A stretch of 64,000 bases of DNA from Ascidiella aspersa (Eukaryota), in assembly GCA_963924565.1 (NCBI GenBank), contig OZ004610.1:33418001-33482000 (forward strand), read 5' to 3'. The notes under the pieces were generated by a model, which was not told the origin of the DNA, made no database searches, and saw only the letters and a list, made by a program, of their open reading frames with translations. Both the position numbers and the translations under genes were made by a program. Positions 9,601 through 18,970 of the stretch are shown piece after piece; positions within the stretch are counted from its first letter, which is position 1, and the number at the start of each line of letters is the position of its first letter.

Positions 9601-10346
9601 TTACCCGAAATAAACGGCAGAATTGGATTCGAATCCAAGGATTCGATATTCTACTTTGAACATCCCTAATCGGTACTCGTCCGATACTAGGGCGGTATCG
9701 GTACTCGTCCGATACTAGGGCGGTATCGGTACTCGTCCGATACTAGGGCGGTATCGGTACTCGTCCGATACTACAGTATCGGTACTCGTCCGATACGAGG
9801 GTGGTATCGGTGCCGATCCGATATTAAATAAATGTACGAATTTTGTACATAATTTGCGACTTTATGTTTTGCATTTAAACAATTCCACCTTGAAATACAA
9901 ATTTCCTAAAAAATGTTAGGTTTACCAATTGAAGGTAACTAAACCTTTTTTTGCTAAAACAATTTCGGCTCCATCACCTGGTAGTGGTGACGTCATTTGG
10001 TATTGGATGGGATCGCTTTACCTATAGGCACTTACGATGCCAGTATATATATGATCCTGGTTTCTCGCGGGTTTTTAAACTTTGAGTTTTATCGCTAAAT
10101 AATAAGCTTATTCTCGTTAAACTACGCGGACTTATTTTTTTGCGATTTTTTTAGAACGAGGGGATCTATTCACCACCCGAAGCGCCAAAGAGCAGCTGGT
10201 TTCGAGCCAACCCGAAGTTTTTGAGCACTTTTGATGACGTACCTGATGAAAATTCATCCGGGGTCGTGGCTGATGACCTTGGCAGTCAATCGGATGACCT
10301 TGACACACGGCATGGCCACAATGTGCCTAACGTTGAAAGAAGATAA
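1..10346 (+). CDS. 5'-partial multi-exon gene: cbEGF-repeat / 3xFN3 / 10xEGF single-pass membrane protein; join(<1..640,717..808,1864..2020,2850..2992,3515..3644,4410..4550,5539..5646,6278..7525,8570..8646,10155..10346)
   Basis: Manual splicing gives one open frame with GT-AG introns and consistent phases (1,0,1,0,1,1,1,1,0), ending at TAA 10344-10346. Domains recognised from Cys spacing, FN3 W/Y/L-x-P motifs and a hydrophobic helix. Confidence 0.88.
717..808 (+). CDS. Exon: first half of FN3 domain 1 ([21 protein letters not shown]...)
   Basis: tttcag acceptor at 716, gag|gtattg donor; phase compatible with both neighbours. Confidence 0.75.
1363..1836. mobile_element. Inverted-dimer element with internal tRNA-like cassette (copy 1, most complete)
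   Basis: 1363-1527 is the reverse complement of about 1552-1738. tRNA-like cloverleaf at about 1592-1664 (+) and 1435-1501 (-). Flanked by tagttttacctaat (1349-1362) / tagtttcgcctaat (1837-1850). Confidence 0.8.
1592..1664 (+). ncRNA. tRNA-derived (pseudo-tRNA) cassette with A and B boxes
   Basis: CCTGCA-TAGCTCAGTTTGTAGAGC-AA-CGGTC-GCGGTAT-GACCG-AGGTT-GTTAGTTTGAACCTCAC-TGCAGG. Repeated at other loci, so repeat-derived rather than a real tRNA. Confidence 0.7.
1864..2020 (+). CDS. Exon: second half of FN3 domain 1 ([15 protein letters not shown])
   Basis: tttcag acceptor, FN3 L-x-P-x-T-x-Y motif, a|gtagga donor. Confidence 0.85.
2074..2270. mobile_element. Inverted-dimer element with minimal hammerhead motif (family E), Penelope-like non-autonomous derivative
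   Basis: Arms about 2104-2166 / 2204-2266. Perfect 16-bp flanking direct repeat tatagttgctgtaaat (2058-2073, 2271-2286). Minus strand 2175-2134 reads TCC-ATGATGA-A-GGCT..GGCC-GAAAC-GTT-GGA. Confidence 0.72.
2850..2992 (+). CDS. Exon: first half of FN3 domain 2 (PGNV...[30 protein letters not shown])
   Basis: ttttcag acceptor, FN3 VSW and Y motifs, ctg|gtaaat donor. Confidence 0.87.
3515..3644 (+). CDS. Exon: second half of FN3 domain 2 ([24 protein letters not shown])
   Basis: Classic FN3 C-terminal motif; acag acceptor, a|gtaaga donor. Confidence 0.9.
3665..4015 (+). mobile_element. Penelope-like pLTR remnant: promoter motifs plus hammerhead motif (family C)
   Basis: ATTGG at 3671 and 3700, TGACGTCA at 3724, TATATAAG at 3893, then CTGATGA-(CAGC/GCTG stem)-GAAACGTC at 3934-3969. 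Boundaries approximate. Confidence 0.55.
4108..4382. mobile_element. hAT-type MITE
   Basis: TIRs cagtgatgtccaac / gttggacatccttg; perfect 8-bp TSD gtttagac (4100-4107, 4383-4390); subterminal gggccgca repeats. Confidence 0.88.
4410..4550 (+). CDS. Exon: first half of FN3 domain 3 (PGAL...[20 protein letters not shown])
   Basis: tttacag acceptor, FN3 motif, g|gtaatt donor. Confidence 0.87.
4982..5134. mobile_element. Family A inverted element (hammerhead-like core)
   Basis: Matches the family A consensus; flanks cttgcacatt / cttacacatt. Confidence 0.75.
5262..5510. mobile_element. tRNA-cassette inverted element, copy 2
   Basis: Minus-strand tRNA/body segment (5262-5365), then plus-strand, partly duplicated 3' tail ending cattcattga. 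Confidence 0.75.
5539..5646 (+). CDS. Exon: second half of FN3 domain 3 ([18 protein letters not shown])
   Basis: tctag acceptor, FN3 L-x-x-x-x-x-Y-x-I-x-I-x-A-x-N motif, a|gtaagt donor. Confidence 0.85.
5719..5857. mobile_element. Family A inverted element (degenerate)
   Basis: aacgtttcga...gttgaaatgaataaaaagatactcgaaacgttcaaatgctacctac. Confidence 0.7.
6278..7525 (+). CDS. Large exon: ten divergent EGF/cbEGF domains
   Basis: Includes the 6316..7539 ORF; atttcag acceptor at 6277, g|gtaaga donor at 7525/7526. Confidence 0.93.
7584..7730. mobile_element. Family A inverted element
   Basis: Consensus arms; 11-bp direct repeat taccaccaaga at 7573-7583 and 7731-7741. Confidence 0.8.
7905..8125. 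mobile_element. Family B inverted element (hammerhead motif in both arms)
   Basis: Left arm aagccaaaaaggtcgag...gacgtttcgat...catcattagtttatgtg; right arm cacattataataatgatacaag...aaaacgtcttta...cttcttggcctt. Confidence 0.65.
8166..8344. mobile_element. Family A inverted element
   Basis: Truncated left arm and full right arm ending gctccaaag; 10-bp TSD ttggtacagg (8156-8165, 8345-8354). Confidence 0.85.
8570..8646 (+). CDS. Exon: transmembrane helix and stop-transfer ([26 protein letters not shown])
   Basis: ttttag acceptor, about 23 hydrophobic residues then KRR, agg|gtaagc donor. Confidence 0.9.
8717..9668. mobile_element. 952-bp non-autonomous hAT element nested in another MITE
   Basis: Perfect 22-bp TIR TAGGGATGTTCAAAGTAGAATA; perfect 8-bp TSD atcggtac (8709-8716, 9669-9676). 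Confidence 0.92.
9669..9825. repeat. 28-bp minisatellite of hairpins (gtatcgg-tactcgt-ccgatac-tagggcg), about 5 copies, within the host MITE (about 8669-10015)
   Basis: Direct inspection; a single copy of the unit occurs in related elements at about 13810 and 22874. Confidence 0.88.
10155..10346 (+). CDS. Terminal coding exon: cytoplasmic tail ([16 protein letters not shown]...NVERR*)
   Basis: ttttag acceptor at 10154, 63 open codons, TAA at 10344-10346. Confidence 0.75.
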   Translation, partial: NEGIYSPPEAPKSSWFRANPKFLSTFDDVPDENSSGVVADDLGSQSDDLDTRHGHNVPNVERR

Positions 10347-11062
10347 CAAATCACAAAGTAATGTCCTTGTTTTTGGCTTTAGAGTAAAGGTTGTAGAGTA
10401 ACAGCCTCTACGACAGACCAGCACTAACTCAAAATGGTACAAAGGCCATAAATAGCAGAAAGAAACTTTGAGGGCCGCATACTGAAGTTAAATTATTTCT
10501 ACTTATAACTCTTGTACGATCCAACTGCATTCAGTGATTTGTGGCCAAACATTCACACAAAAATATTTTATGAAATCTTACACCAAAATTCTGCTGTTGT
10601 ATATGGCAAAAAGGTCTTTTTTCATTAAAACTTTATTAGGATGTATTGCATGCAAAATGACGTCACGTCTCTTAAAATGTGCATTTAACGTTTTCAAATG
10701 AATTCGTGCGCAAACATACAGCTGAAATTAAGAGACTTACAAATTTTTCATGATAGCTGCTTTGTTATTATGCGTTATTCGCAAATTTTCTTTGTACTTC
10801 ATATTATTGCCACTTGCTAAAATCATTTAACGTTCTTATATCGCCTTAGCTTACTATATGCAGTATTCAAATTATGCTTAGTAGATATTTTTGCGCTATA
10901 TTGTAGCATTTATCACTACGTGCACAATCAATCTTCACATTATATTCATTAATGTATATGTTACGCCATTGTTATTTGACTATATTGTAAGCAAAACTGT
11001 GTCTGTGGGGTACTTTTAAATTATTCTCAATACAAGCAGTTGACTTTTTACAATCCCAAAAT

Positions 11063-11068
11063 AATAAA
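11063..11068 (+). terminator. Candidate polyadenylation signal of the EGF/FN3 gene
   Basis: AATAAA about 720 nt after the stop, followed by T-rich sequence. Confidence 0.35.
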
Positions 11069-11856
11069 GTTGTAGGCCATAGACAAACTGTTTTAAACTT
11101 TTTTGATAAATTTTCTGAAAAAAAAAATAAGGATTTTGTAAAATTTAAATTACCAAATCTTTACCCTGTGTTAAAATAATTTAGTGATTAAATTGCTTTA
11201 TCAACATGACCTTATGTTAGTTCCCTTGTTCGTGCACATTTTAGATCGTGTGTTCCACTTTGTGTTTTTATTTGTGTTGAGATATGCGATGACTGTCTGC
11301 CCGTCCTTTTATTTATTGACAAGATGCATTTTATTTCTTTTTACGTCCCGCCTTGACTTTTCCATATTTGTGCCGCGATTGACAACTTTGTTACTAACTT
11401 TTGTTTTTCTTTGCAAAAGTTTTATTCATTCTTCACTAAATCTGCTGTCTTTATTAACGCAATAACATTTCGCCATTTGTTTCGTTTATTTTTAGCAAGT
11501 GCGGTGTTTTAAAATATACCACCTTAATGTGTTTTAGTTCTTATTGATCTTGGTAAATGGCCGTGTTTGTCTAATTCTAAATAGGTTTATCAGGTGGCCT
11601 TGTATAGCGAAAGATTGTTTTTTAATCTTCACAAGCGTTCGCTCATCGGGTTAAAGGAGAATTTTATTTTCTTTTCATAGTGCCACCTAATTAACTTATT
11701 CAGTCCGCGTGTACCATTTAAAATGTTTTTTCGATTTTAAAACTGTACCTCCGACATCTGTTTCATTTGTCTACAGTCTGGAAACTATTTTAAAACGTAG
11801 AATTTGAGGTATATTACCGTAGAAACCTATTTGAATAATAATCCTATACTTTGCAC

Positions 11857-12217
11857 CAATGTTGTGGAGTCGGACTCGGGACTCGACGGAGTCGGTTTGT
11901 TTTGCTAGAGTCCGACTCAGGACCAGAGTAAGACCACGTAAAATTAACCGAGTCCGACGTTCGCATGCGCAGTCCCAAACTTCGAAACAGATAGGTTAAC
12001 CAACTGTGAATTGTAAAGGTAAAGCAAATGGCGTCATTTTTTCCCACCACTTACTTTCGGTGAATGATGTTTCTGACACCCTAATGAGTGGATTGCTGAA
12101 AACCACCTTATTTTTATTGTAGTTACGTTAATCAGTGAAATGTAGGCTATTGAGTCTGAGCCGGGCTCGGGTTTTGGCCGTAGTCGGAGTTAGTTTTAGC
12201 AAGACTACGCAGCCCTG
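11857..12217. mobile_element. hAT-type MITE with gagtcgga subterminal repeats
   Basis: Imperfect TIR caatgttgtggagtc / gactacgcagccctg; perfect TSD ctttgcac (11849-11856, 12218-12225). Confidence 0.85.
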
Positions 12218-13751
12218 CTTTGCACAAACCTAAACAAAATACTTTTGTTTTACATTTGACTATGAAAATCATATGACACTAGAACCAAATACAAGATAGT
12301 GCGTTCGTATTAAGTACCTACACTTTAGTCGTTCGTATTGATTTAACCATACTGTACCCGGTACGGCAACTAAACCTATTCCTAACGCTTGCGCACACTG
12401 CCACCTTGCGACTGAAATCATTTTGTTACTACGCCGCTGTGGGGCGCTCATGATTTGTTTGCCAAGTTGTTTATTTTTTGAAGCTTGAACGTTAAAGGAC
12501 TATTAGAATGGAATTATATTTACTCGAATATAGTTTAAGTGACTACCTTCTCTTAATTCCCTTACAATTTTTTTTAATTTTAATTTTTTTTTTTTGTAAA
12601 AAAAACTAGAGAAAGTAGAAATATTACTGAAGGCAATTATTATGACTATTTAGTGTCCATCATAATTAACTTTTGGAGGTGTGCAATACTTAACATTTTT
12701 CCCGATATTCGGTATTTCTAACAAGAGAACCGCGATCTGATACTACATGACGTCATTACTATGTTCAAACAAGTTTAAGAGATGACAATAAAACGTTATT
12801 GAGTTTGCTTCCAAGTTACTAACTTGCTCTGGCGTTAAGAAGTTAAGTTAAACTACCTTTTTTTAATAAATTTACTTTTTCAAGGTACATTCGCTGCATT
12901 GGAACGGAAATTATGACTGTAGTTGCCTTAATTATGTACAAACTATGCTATTCCAATTTTGCAAAAAGTGTGTAGCGATTTTTTTGATATACGAGCGAAT
13001 CGTAAACCAAAATAAGTTTGAGAACCCTGTAATGAATGCTGCTGTTTTCGAATATTTCTGCTGCCATCTTCAAAGTGGATTCTCTTTCTATTGTTGCGTC
13101 ACAAGTCAATATTCACTCTGTTAACCTTGAATGAGGCACAATTGTTCAATGGGCATTGTTACGCCACTATCCCGCCATTGTGCGCAGTTTGAAGATAAAC
13201 TACACGCCCTGGATGAAAGGTTGTGGGTAGACGGACATTGTTTGCATTGTGTTGATTAATAGGATCAGTTTAGCGCGCGTCTTTTAACCATGACATCCGG
13301 TGGTGTGTGAGAATGCGATAAAACTTTCCGCAGAAGTATTTTTTCTCTGCAACTTCAAAATGATTTATCAGGCGGCAAAAATGCGTTTGTTGAAGTTTTT
13401 AACCAAAGCTTACAAGCTAAAATAAAACGTCACGTTGCCAAAGATGAAAATTTAAATATATTAACGATTTTCAAAATAGCGTTATGCAAACTCACAAGAT
13501 TTCGAACACTCTTAAATAACCATTATGCAAATTTTTTGGTTTGTAAAAAAACATTGTTAAAGTGTTAATAAAATTTTCAAGGTATGTATGAAAACAAACT
13601 CTTCTATGGGTACGCCTTTCCTATGCGTTTCTACACCTTTATAAAAATAAAATAACTGCATTTTTCACACAATACCAAAGTTTTAATTTTTTCTTGTTCA
13701 TAAATTAACAATTCCTTTCATATTTTATGTGTAAAAAAACTAATGTATTCT

Positions 13752-14081
13752 GTAATGATGCCGATTTAGGAATAATATCGGTTTGGAGCCGATACCCGAT
13801 GCCAAGTGGTAGTGTCAGTACTCGACCGAGTGTAGGGTGGTTAAGGTGCCGATCTGATCCCAAATTAAACGCAATTCAACCATGATTTGCGTTTTAATGC
13901 AACGATTCTACCTTAAAAGATAATTAAAAAAGTAGTTAACAGCTGGAGGTAACTAAACTTCTTTTATATTGCCTTTAAACTTTTCTAATTTACTACTCAA
14001 GGACGTAATTTGTATTGGATCGCGATACTCACTCCAAAATGTTGGGTATTTGAATTAAATGTCACATATGAGACATTCCTA
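13752..14081. mobile_element. MITE of the 'ccgatac/gtatcgg' family (related to about 8669-10015, 22821-23185 and 27290-27533)
   Basis: Shared blocks ataatatcgg..ccgatac..gtactcg..ggtgccgatc..ggaggtaactaaac..gtattggatc. Confidence 0.65.
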
Positions 14082-16070
14082 TCGGCCATACAACTCGATA
14101 GTAATAATTTAAACAAGCTTTGGCACCATCACAATACCAAATCATTCTTAAACAAATACGATGAGTCATAAAAATATGGGTCACGCGTTTGTGCGTGATA
14201 AATGTTTAATTAGTGAAGCCAGCACTTCTACAAACAACTTAAGTTGGAAGAGCAAATAGGCGAATAAATATTTTTTCCAGTGTAATATCCTGCTGGACAA
14301 GGCATGGGTTTGTGGCGGTCTTGGCAAACATGTATATTTGCTTAGCGATTATGAGTCATACTTGACACTGCGCTGGAATTGGTCGATCTTAAGTGGTTCG
14401 GGATACATTAAAATGTATTTAACTTTGTCAAAAACATAGGTTTACAACTGGAGTCCTCACGCCAGGGTTTTTTTTTTGCCTTTTTCTTGAATTTATTAAA
14501 ACTTCAGTTTCACATTTGTCGAAATAGAAACGGCAGGTTTCATAAGTCAAACTTGTTTTATGTTGTCAGTTTAAGACGTCATCTAAAAAATTTTATGCTG
14601 GCCCTGGACTAAATTCCATGTAAAAATTATTTTTGAACAATTCAATTTTCAAGTTTTTTTTAAGATATTGTTTGGAATTCAAAAAATATAAACTTACAAA
14701 GAATGTTTGTTTTTGTTTTTAATCGTCATTCTAAAAACTCAAAAATATGCTAGATCATTTCGGTAATTCCCTTAGATAACAACTTTTCAAGCAATGTTTT
14801 GCTTGTTTTTTTATTTTTTGGAGGATAAATTTCCTTTTTTTGTGATAATAACGTCGCGTGACACCTAGCTTTACACAAATAGCAGTTATTTCATCTATTA
14901 TGCACAAATTGGTCCATCAAATACTTTTTACCAACAGTTCGAGCAATTTCACCAATTACTGCTTCCGTCACTACAAAAGTACAGTTTGTTGTTGGCTAAT
15001 AAAACCATCCACAAATTATCAGGGGGTTGCCAACACTTTCTGCTTTGATGTCAGTGTGGCGCTAAACCTTCGCTTTTGTGAATATAAATCCACCCACTTA
15101 TAGTTGCTTTACAGATTGCTTTACAAGCGAAAGCAGGCTTGCTAGTGATAACATAGCGGCACTTGCTGGGCGTTGGAGCGTAACGGTTTCGCCGGTAACC
15201 GGTCGGGAGAAAATAACTTTGTACCAAAGCTGTCACGTTTAACTCTTTCGCTACCAGAAACCTAAATATGGGATTGCTGAATTTCGTTAATGAAAAAACA
15301 GAACTATTTTACTTCTGAGTTAAGAAGTGCGTAATATTTTTGGGCTTGAGGATTTTACCTCATCTAATTGAGATATTGTTTTCTCTTCTTAGGCTAAGCT
15401 TATTCACAACTAAAATTAAAACACTTTTAAAACACAAAAGTTTCGAAAAGGAATATTAATAAATAGTTCTATCAGATGCTGTAATGTTGGTGTGTTTTAC
15501 AACTGTACTTTGCCCAGTAGAAGGCGACTTGAATAGATTGCCTGAGCGTTGGTTAACTTTTGGCAAATATTTTGTTATTAAATGTTAAACTTTGTCTGCA
15601 ATATACATTGTTAGCATTTTAATACAAAATTGTGTTTTTTAAAGAGAGACGGTAAAAAATTGCCATTTTCGTCCTAAGTTGTCAAACTATTTGTCCGAGA
15701 ATAAATAACAACAATATGTTTAACCTTTGTTGGGAATCGAACTCAGTTATCTTGTCATTCTATTTATAGAGACGTTGACTCTTTGGCGCGCAAAAGCTGA
15801 TAACGATAAAGCAAAAAAGCTCGTTTAAAGCAGGAGAAAATCTCAGCAGAAGCAACAAACCAGTAAAAGAGGTCTGGGATCGAAGGCAGTCTTAGCGGCG
15901 TCGCTATTATCGCTGGGTCAAGGAGCGCATATTTACCGGGGGAAGTCCACACGATTTCATTCTACAAAGTCGATCGCAAAAATGCCAGAGCAAACATGAA
16001 CAGGCGCCCGATTGTACCACGGAACCGGGCCCATTTATGAGGCCGTTTGTACCGCGCTATTATGCCTGTT

Positions 16071-16650
16071 GGCCGGCTCTTTATTTTGGCCTTTTTTCCG
16101 CACGTTTTTCATTTAGGCAGTCTTAAAAGTTTAAAATAAATGTCAAAACCAAATAGTTCGGGGTTTTGACAATTTATTTTCAAGCTTTATATCCCTCCGT
16201 GTATGGTTTACCTAAGTCCACTTATTAGGCCATTTAGAGAAAGAGCTGGCTCTCTATTTTGGCCTTTTTTCTAGACTTTTTTAAATGAAGCAGATTTGAA
16301 ATTTGAAATGAAATGGCAAAGCCTTGAAATATTTGGCGTTGCATTTATTTTCAAATTTTAAAGGTTTAATTACAGATCCCGCCCTGAATCCACTTCTGAC
16401 AAGTTTTTGAAAATGGTCGGCTCTTTATTTTGGCCTTTTTTAGCCATTTTTTTGTTAGGCAATTTTAAAATTTGAAAATTATTGTCAAAGCCAAAAAGGT
16501 CGAGTAAATCGAGTTTATCTTAATAAAGATGTTTCTATACACACTTCATTATTTCATTATAAGTTAATGTGTTTATCGAAACGTGTTGATAGTTGATGTC
16601 GATTCACTCAACCTACTTGTTTGACATTCATTTCTAAGCTACAGTACATT
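16071..16650. repeat. Three tandem ~172-bp foldback units related to family B; the third retains the hammerhead-bearing centre
   Basis: ggctct(t/c)tattttggccttttt at 16075, 16248 and 16419; internal tgtcaaa..tttgaca palindromes. Confidence 0.7.
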
Positions 16651-17461
16651 TTCCTGGATATAGTGTAATTAATATTTGTTCAATCAAACATTTAATCAAA
16701 CGTATGTGCTTAATAATAAAAGCCAAGTTTCAAAAATAAACAGCCCATCACATTTAAGTCATATACCACAGTAGCAAAAAAAGAAGGCCTAAAAACGTTC
16801 CGGCCACTGATTTGGGCTTTTCTCGTCGGCCAATTCCAGAGGTTTGATGACCTTATTGACGCGAAGCACCAGCGCTTTTAACACATGACTCAGTGCTTTA
16901 GCTTCGTGTGGCGATACGATGCGATTTACAGCGACAAGAGTGAAGATAAACAGGATTCCGGGAAGTACTTTCCGAGAACACACTGCTTGTTTAGTGGAGG
17001 CTGTTTACGCTAGAGAAATGGTTTTTAACTTTTTTCTTTGCACCCCTTTCAAATCACCAACCATTCTCGTACTCCTTTTTAGAATAGCGTAAATAAAAAA
17101 ACAATGTAATTTTATTGTCATACAATTTACAGAAAACACAGTAACACAAACAAAAATGTGAGTTCGTTTTATATTTAACTAAGCAAAGAAATAAATTACA
17201 GTAATACATTTTCTGTGTCTGATTAAGCATCCCCACACCCCCTTGGAACAGTTCTTGCACCCCTTGGGGTCCGAGCACCCCTGGTTAAGAATGCGCTAGG
17301 TTGTCCTGGTTTCAATTTTCCAAGGTCGTCGGAAAATGCTTGCACTTTGTATCTAAACTCTATTGCGGTGATCAGTGATTAAAACAGTATTATTACCTAG
17401 CATGTGCAATATAACTTATTGTTACAAAGAAACTGCAGCAACTGATTGCTTAGTTTTAGAA

Positions 17462-17783
17462 CCGGGGTTCTTATACTTTTTTACCGCGGACCCTTAAAAT
17501 CAGTTTTGCTTCGCGTGTACCACGGTAGTCAAGAAATTTTAAAAAAGACGACGTCATAAATTGACGTCACAATCAAATAGACTTTTAAAAATATGCTGGT
17601 GGTTCAAGTAAAATTGAATGTAAATACATTCAGTGCTAAAACGTTTTATTTTTATTTCAACGCTTTTCTTTAAAATTTGATTATTTTAAATATACACTAA
17701 TATTACAATTTGGCCTTCAAGGACCCCCTAAAATTAATATACGGATCCCAAGGGGTCAATGGACCCCAGTTAAAGAAACCCTG
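17462..17783. mobile_element. hAT-like MITE (cagggg/ttaagaaccctg family); fragments also at about 17010-17290, 22090-22125, 25270-25330, 26227-26260 and 29656-29720
   Basis: Ends ccggggttctt / agaaaccctg with ggacccc subterminal motifs; TSD not clean. Confidence 0.65.
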
Positions 17784-18484
17784 GTTTAGGGGCTGCTGAT
17801 TTATTTAAGTCGGAACCACAAAAACCATAAAACCGCCAGGGTTGTTTTGAGTCATGAAGTGTTTGGAGACTTACTTTGTGGTGATTGGTTCACCCCACGC
17901 CTTTTCACGGGTCACAGGTAAACATTTGGAGAATTGAATGTAACCCAATATATGTTCTACTTACTGGGAGAGTGAAATTCCTTTTAATTACTCATTTCTG
18001 CCAAAAGTTTTGGTAGAATTTCGCCGCGTATGAAATCCTTGATGATTTTAAATATTCTTTTGCATTAAAGTCATTTTTAGCATTAATTAAAACACAGTGA
18101 TCATTTACCGAAAATGCGGTTAATATATTTTCTTCTTGCCAAGAAAACTAAGCTATCGCCTTAAATCGGCTGCAAAAACCGTTAAAACGAGCAAAACAAA
18201 AAAACAAGTTTCAAGTTAACCGCAAAATATTTGAACAGGCGCCATCGAACTGGCGGGCCGATCATCTAGAAGAGGTTTTGGTAAAACTTTCCGCTTTCAT
18301 TTTTCGCACATATTCGATGAAAGGAGATTAATCATCGGCAGTCTGCGCCCGCCATTCATCAATTACATATGCAAAAGCAAGAAACTTCGAAGAAGGGGAG
18401 AAAGCTGCGACCCCCCAAAACACCCCCAAACCCACCTTACCCCCCTGTGTTATCCAAACGACCGTGACAAGACAAACGCATGCA

Positions 18485-18740
18485 TCCTGTGACGTCACAA
18501 TGCCAGCATCGCGGCGCGCTTTGTCTCTGCCCGTCGCCGTTTGTTTGTGTTTTGCTTAATTAACCTCCATGCCGCTTGCCCCGAATGGCCAGGGGCGTTC
18601 CCGGGGCGTTTGGGACCTTTCGGCGCCGGCCATGCGTCGCCCATCCATCAGGGCGGCGCCAGAGAGCTGGTAAACACGAGTCACGTGACTCGATTGTTGC
18701 GCAATATGTGATACGTCACTAGGGTTCATTGGGTCAAGTA
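18485..18740. promoter_or_regulatory. Candidate enhancer: CpG-rich block with CRE, palindromic E-box, C/EBP site and DR2
   Basis: TGACGTCA 18490; CGAGTCACGTGACTCG 18677-18692; TTGCGCAA 18697-18704; GGTTCA-tt-GGGTCA 18723-18736. Confidence 0.45.
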
Positions 18741-18863
18741 AAGTGTAGTTCGGGGGTATTGACCGCAAAATCTCGCAGAAAGACACCGATATGAAAAAAA
18801 CACTTTTTTTCATTAAATACTGGATTACGTTCCACCTTGTATAAGTCAGGTTTTTTTTTTCAG

Positions 18864-18970
18864 TGACATGAACTGATTATGATACAAGTTCGTATCGAAA
18901 CGTCTTTATCAAGATGATGTCTATCTACTCGACCTTTTTGGCTTTAACGGTCATTTCCAAGCTACATTAC
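18864..18970 (+). mobile_element. Family B single arm with best-formed hammerhead fold (18868-18909)
   Basis: ATGAA-CTGATTA-T-GATAC-aagttc-GTATC-GAAAC-GTC-TTTAT, followed by the family B tail ctcgacctttttggcttt. Confidence 0.7.

Noticed and set aside
9669-9825. CRISPR-like array of palindromic repeats
   Set aside because: The 'spacers' are 4-7 bp and nearly identical, the context is a eukaryotic intron and there are no cas genes; it is a minisatellite.
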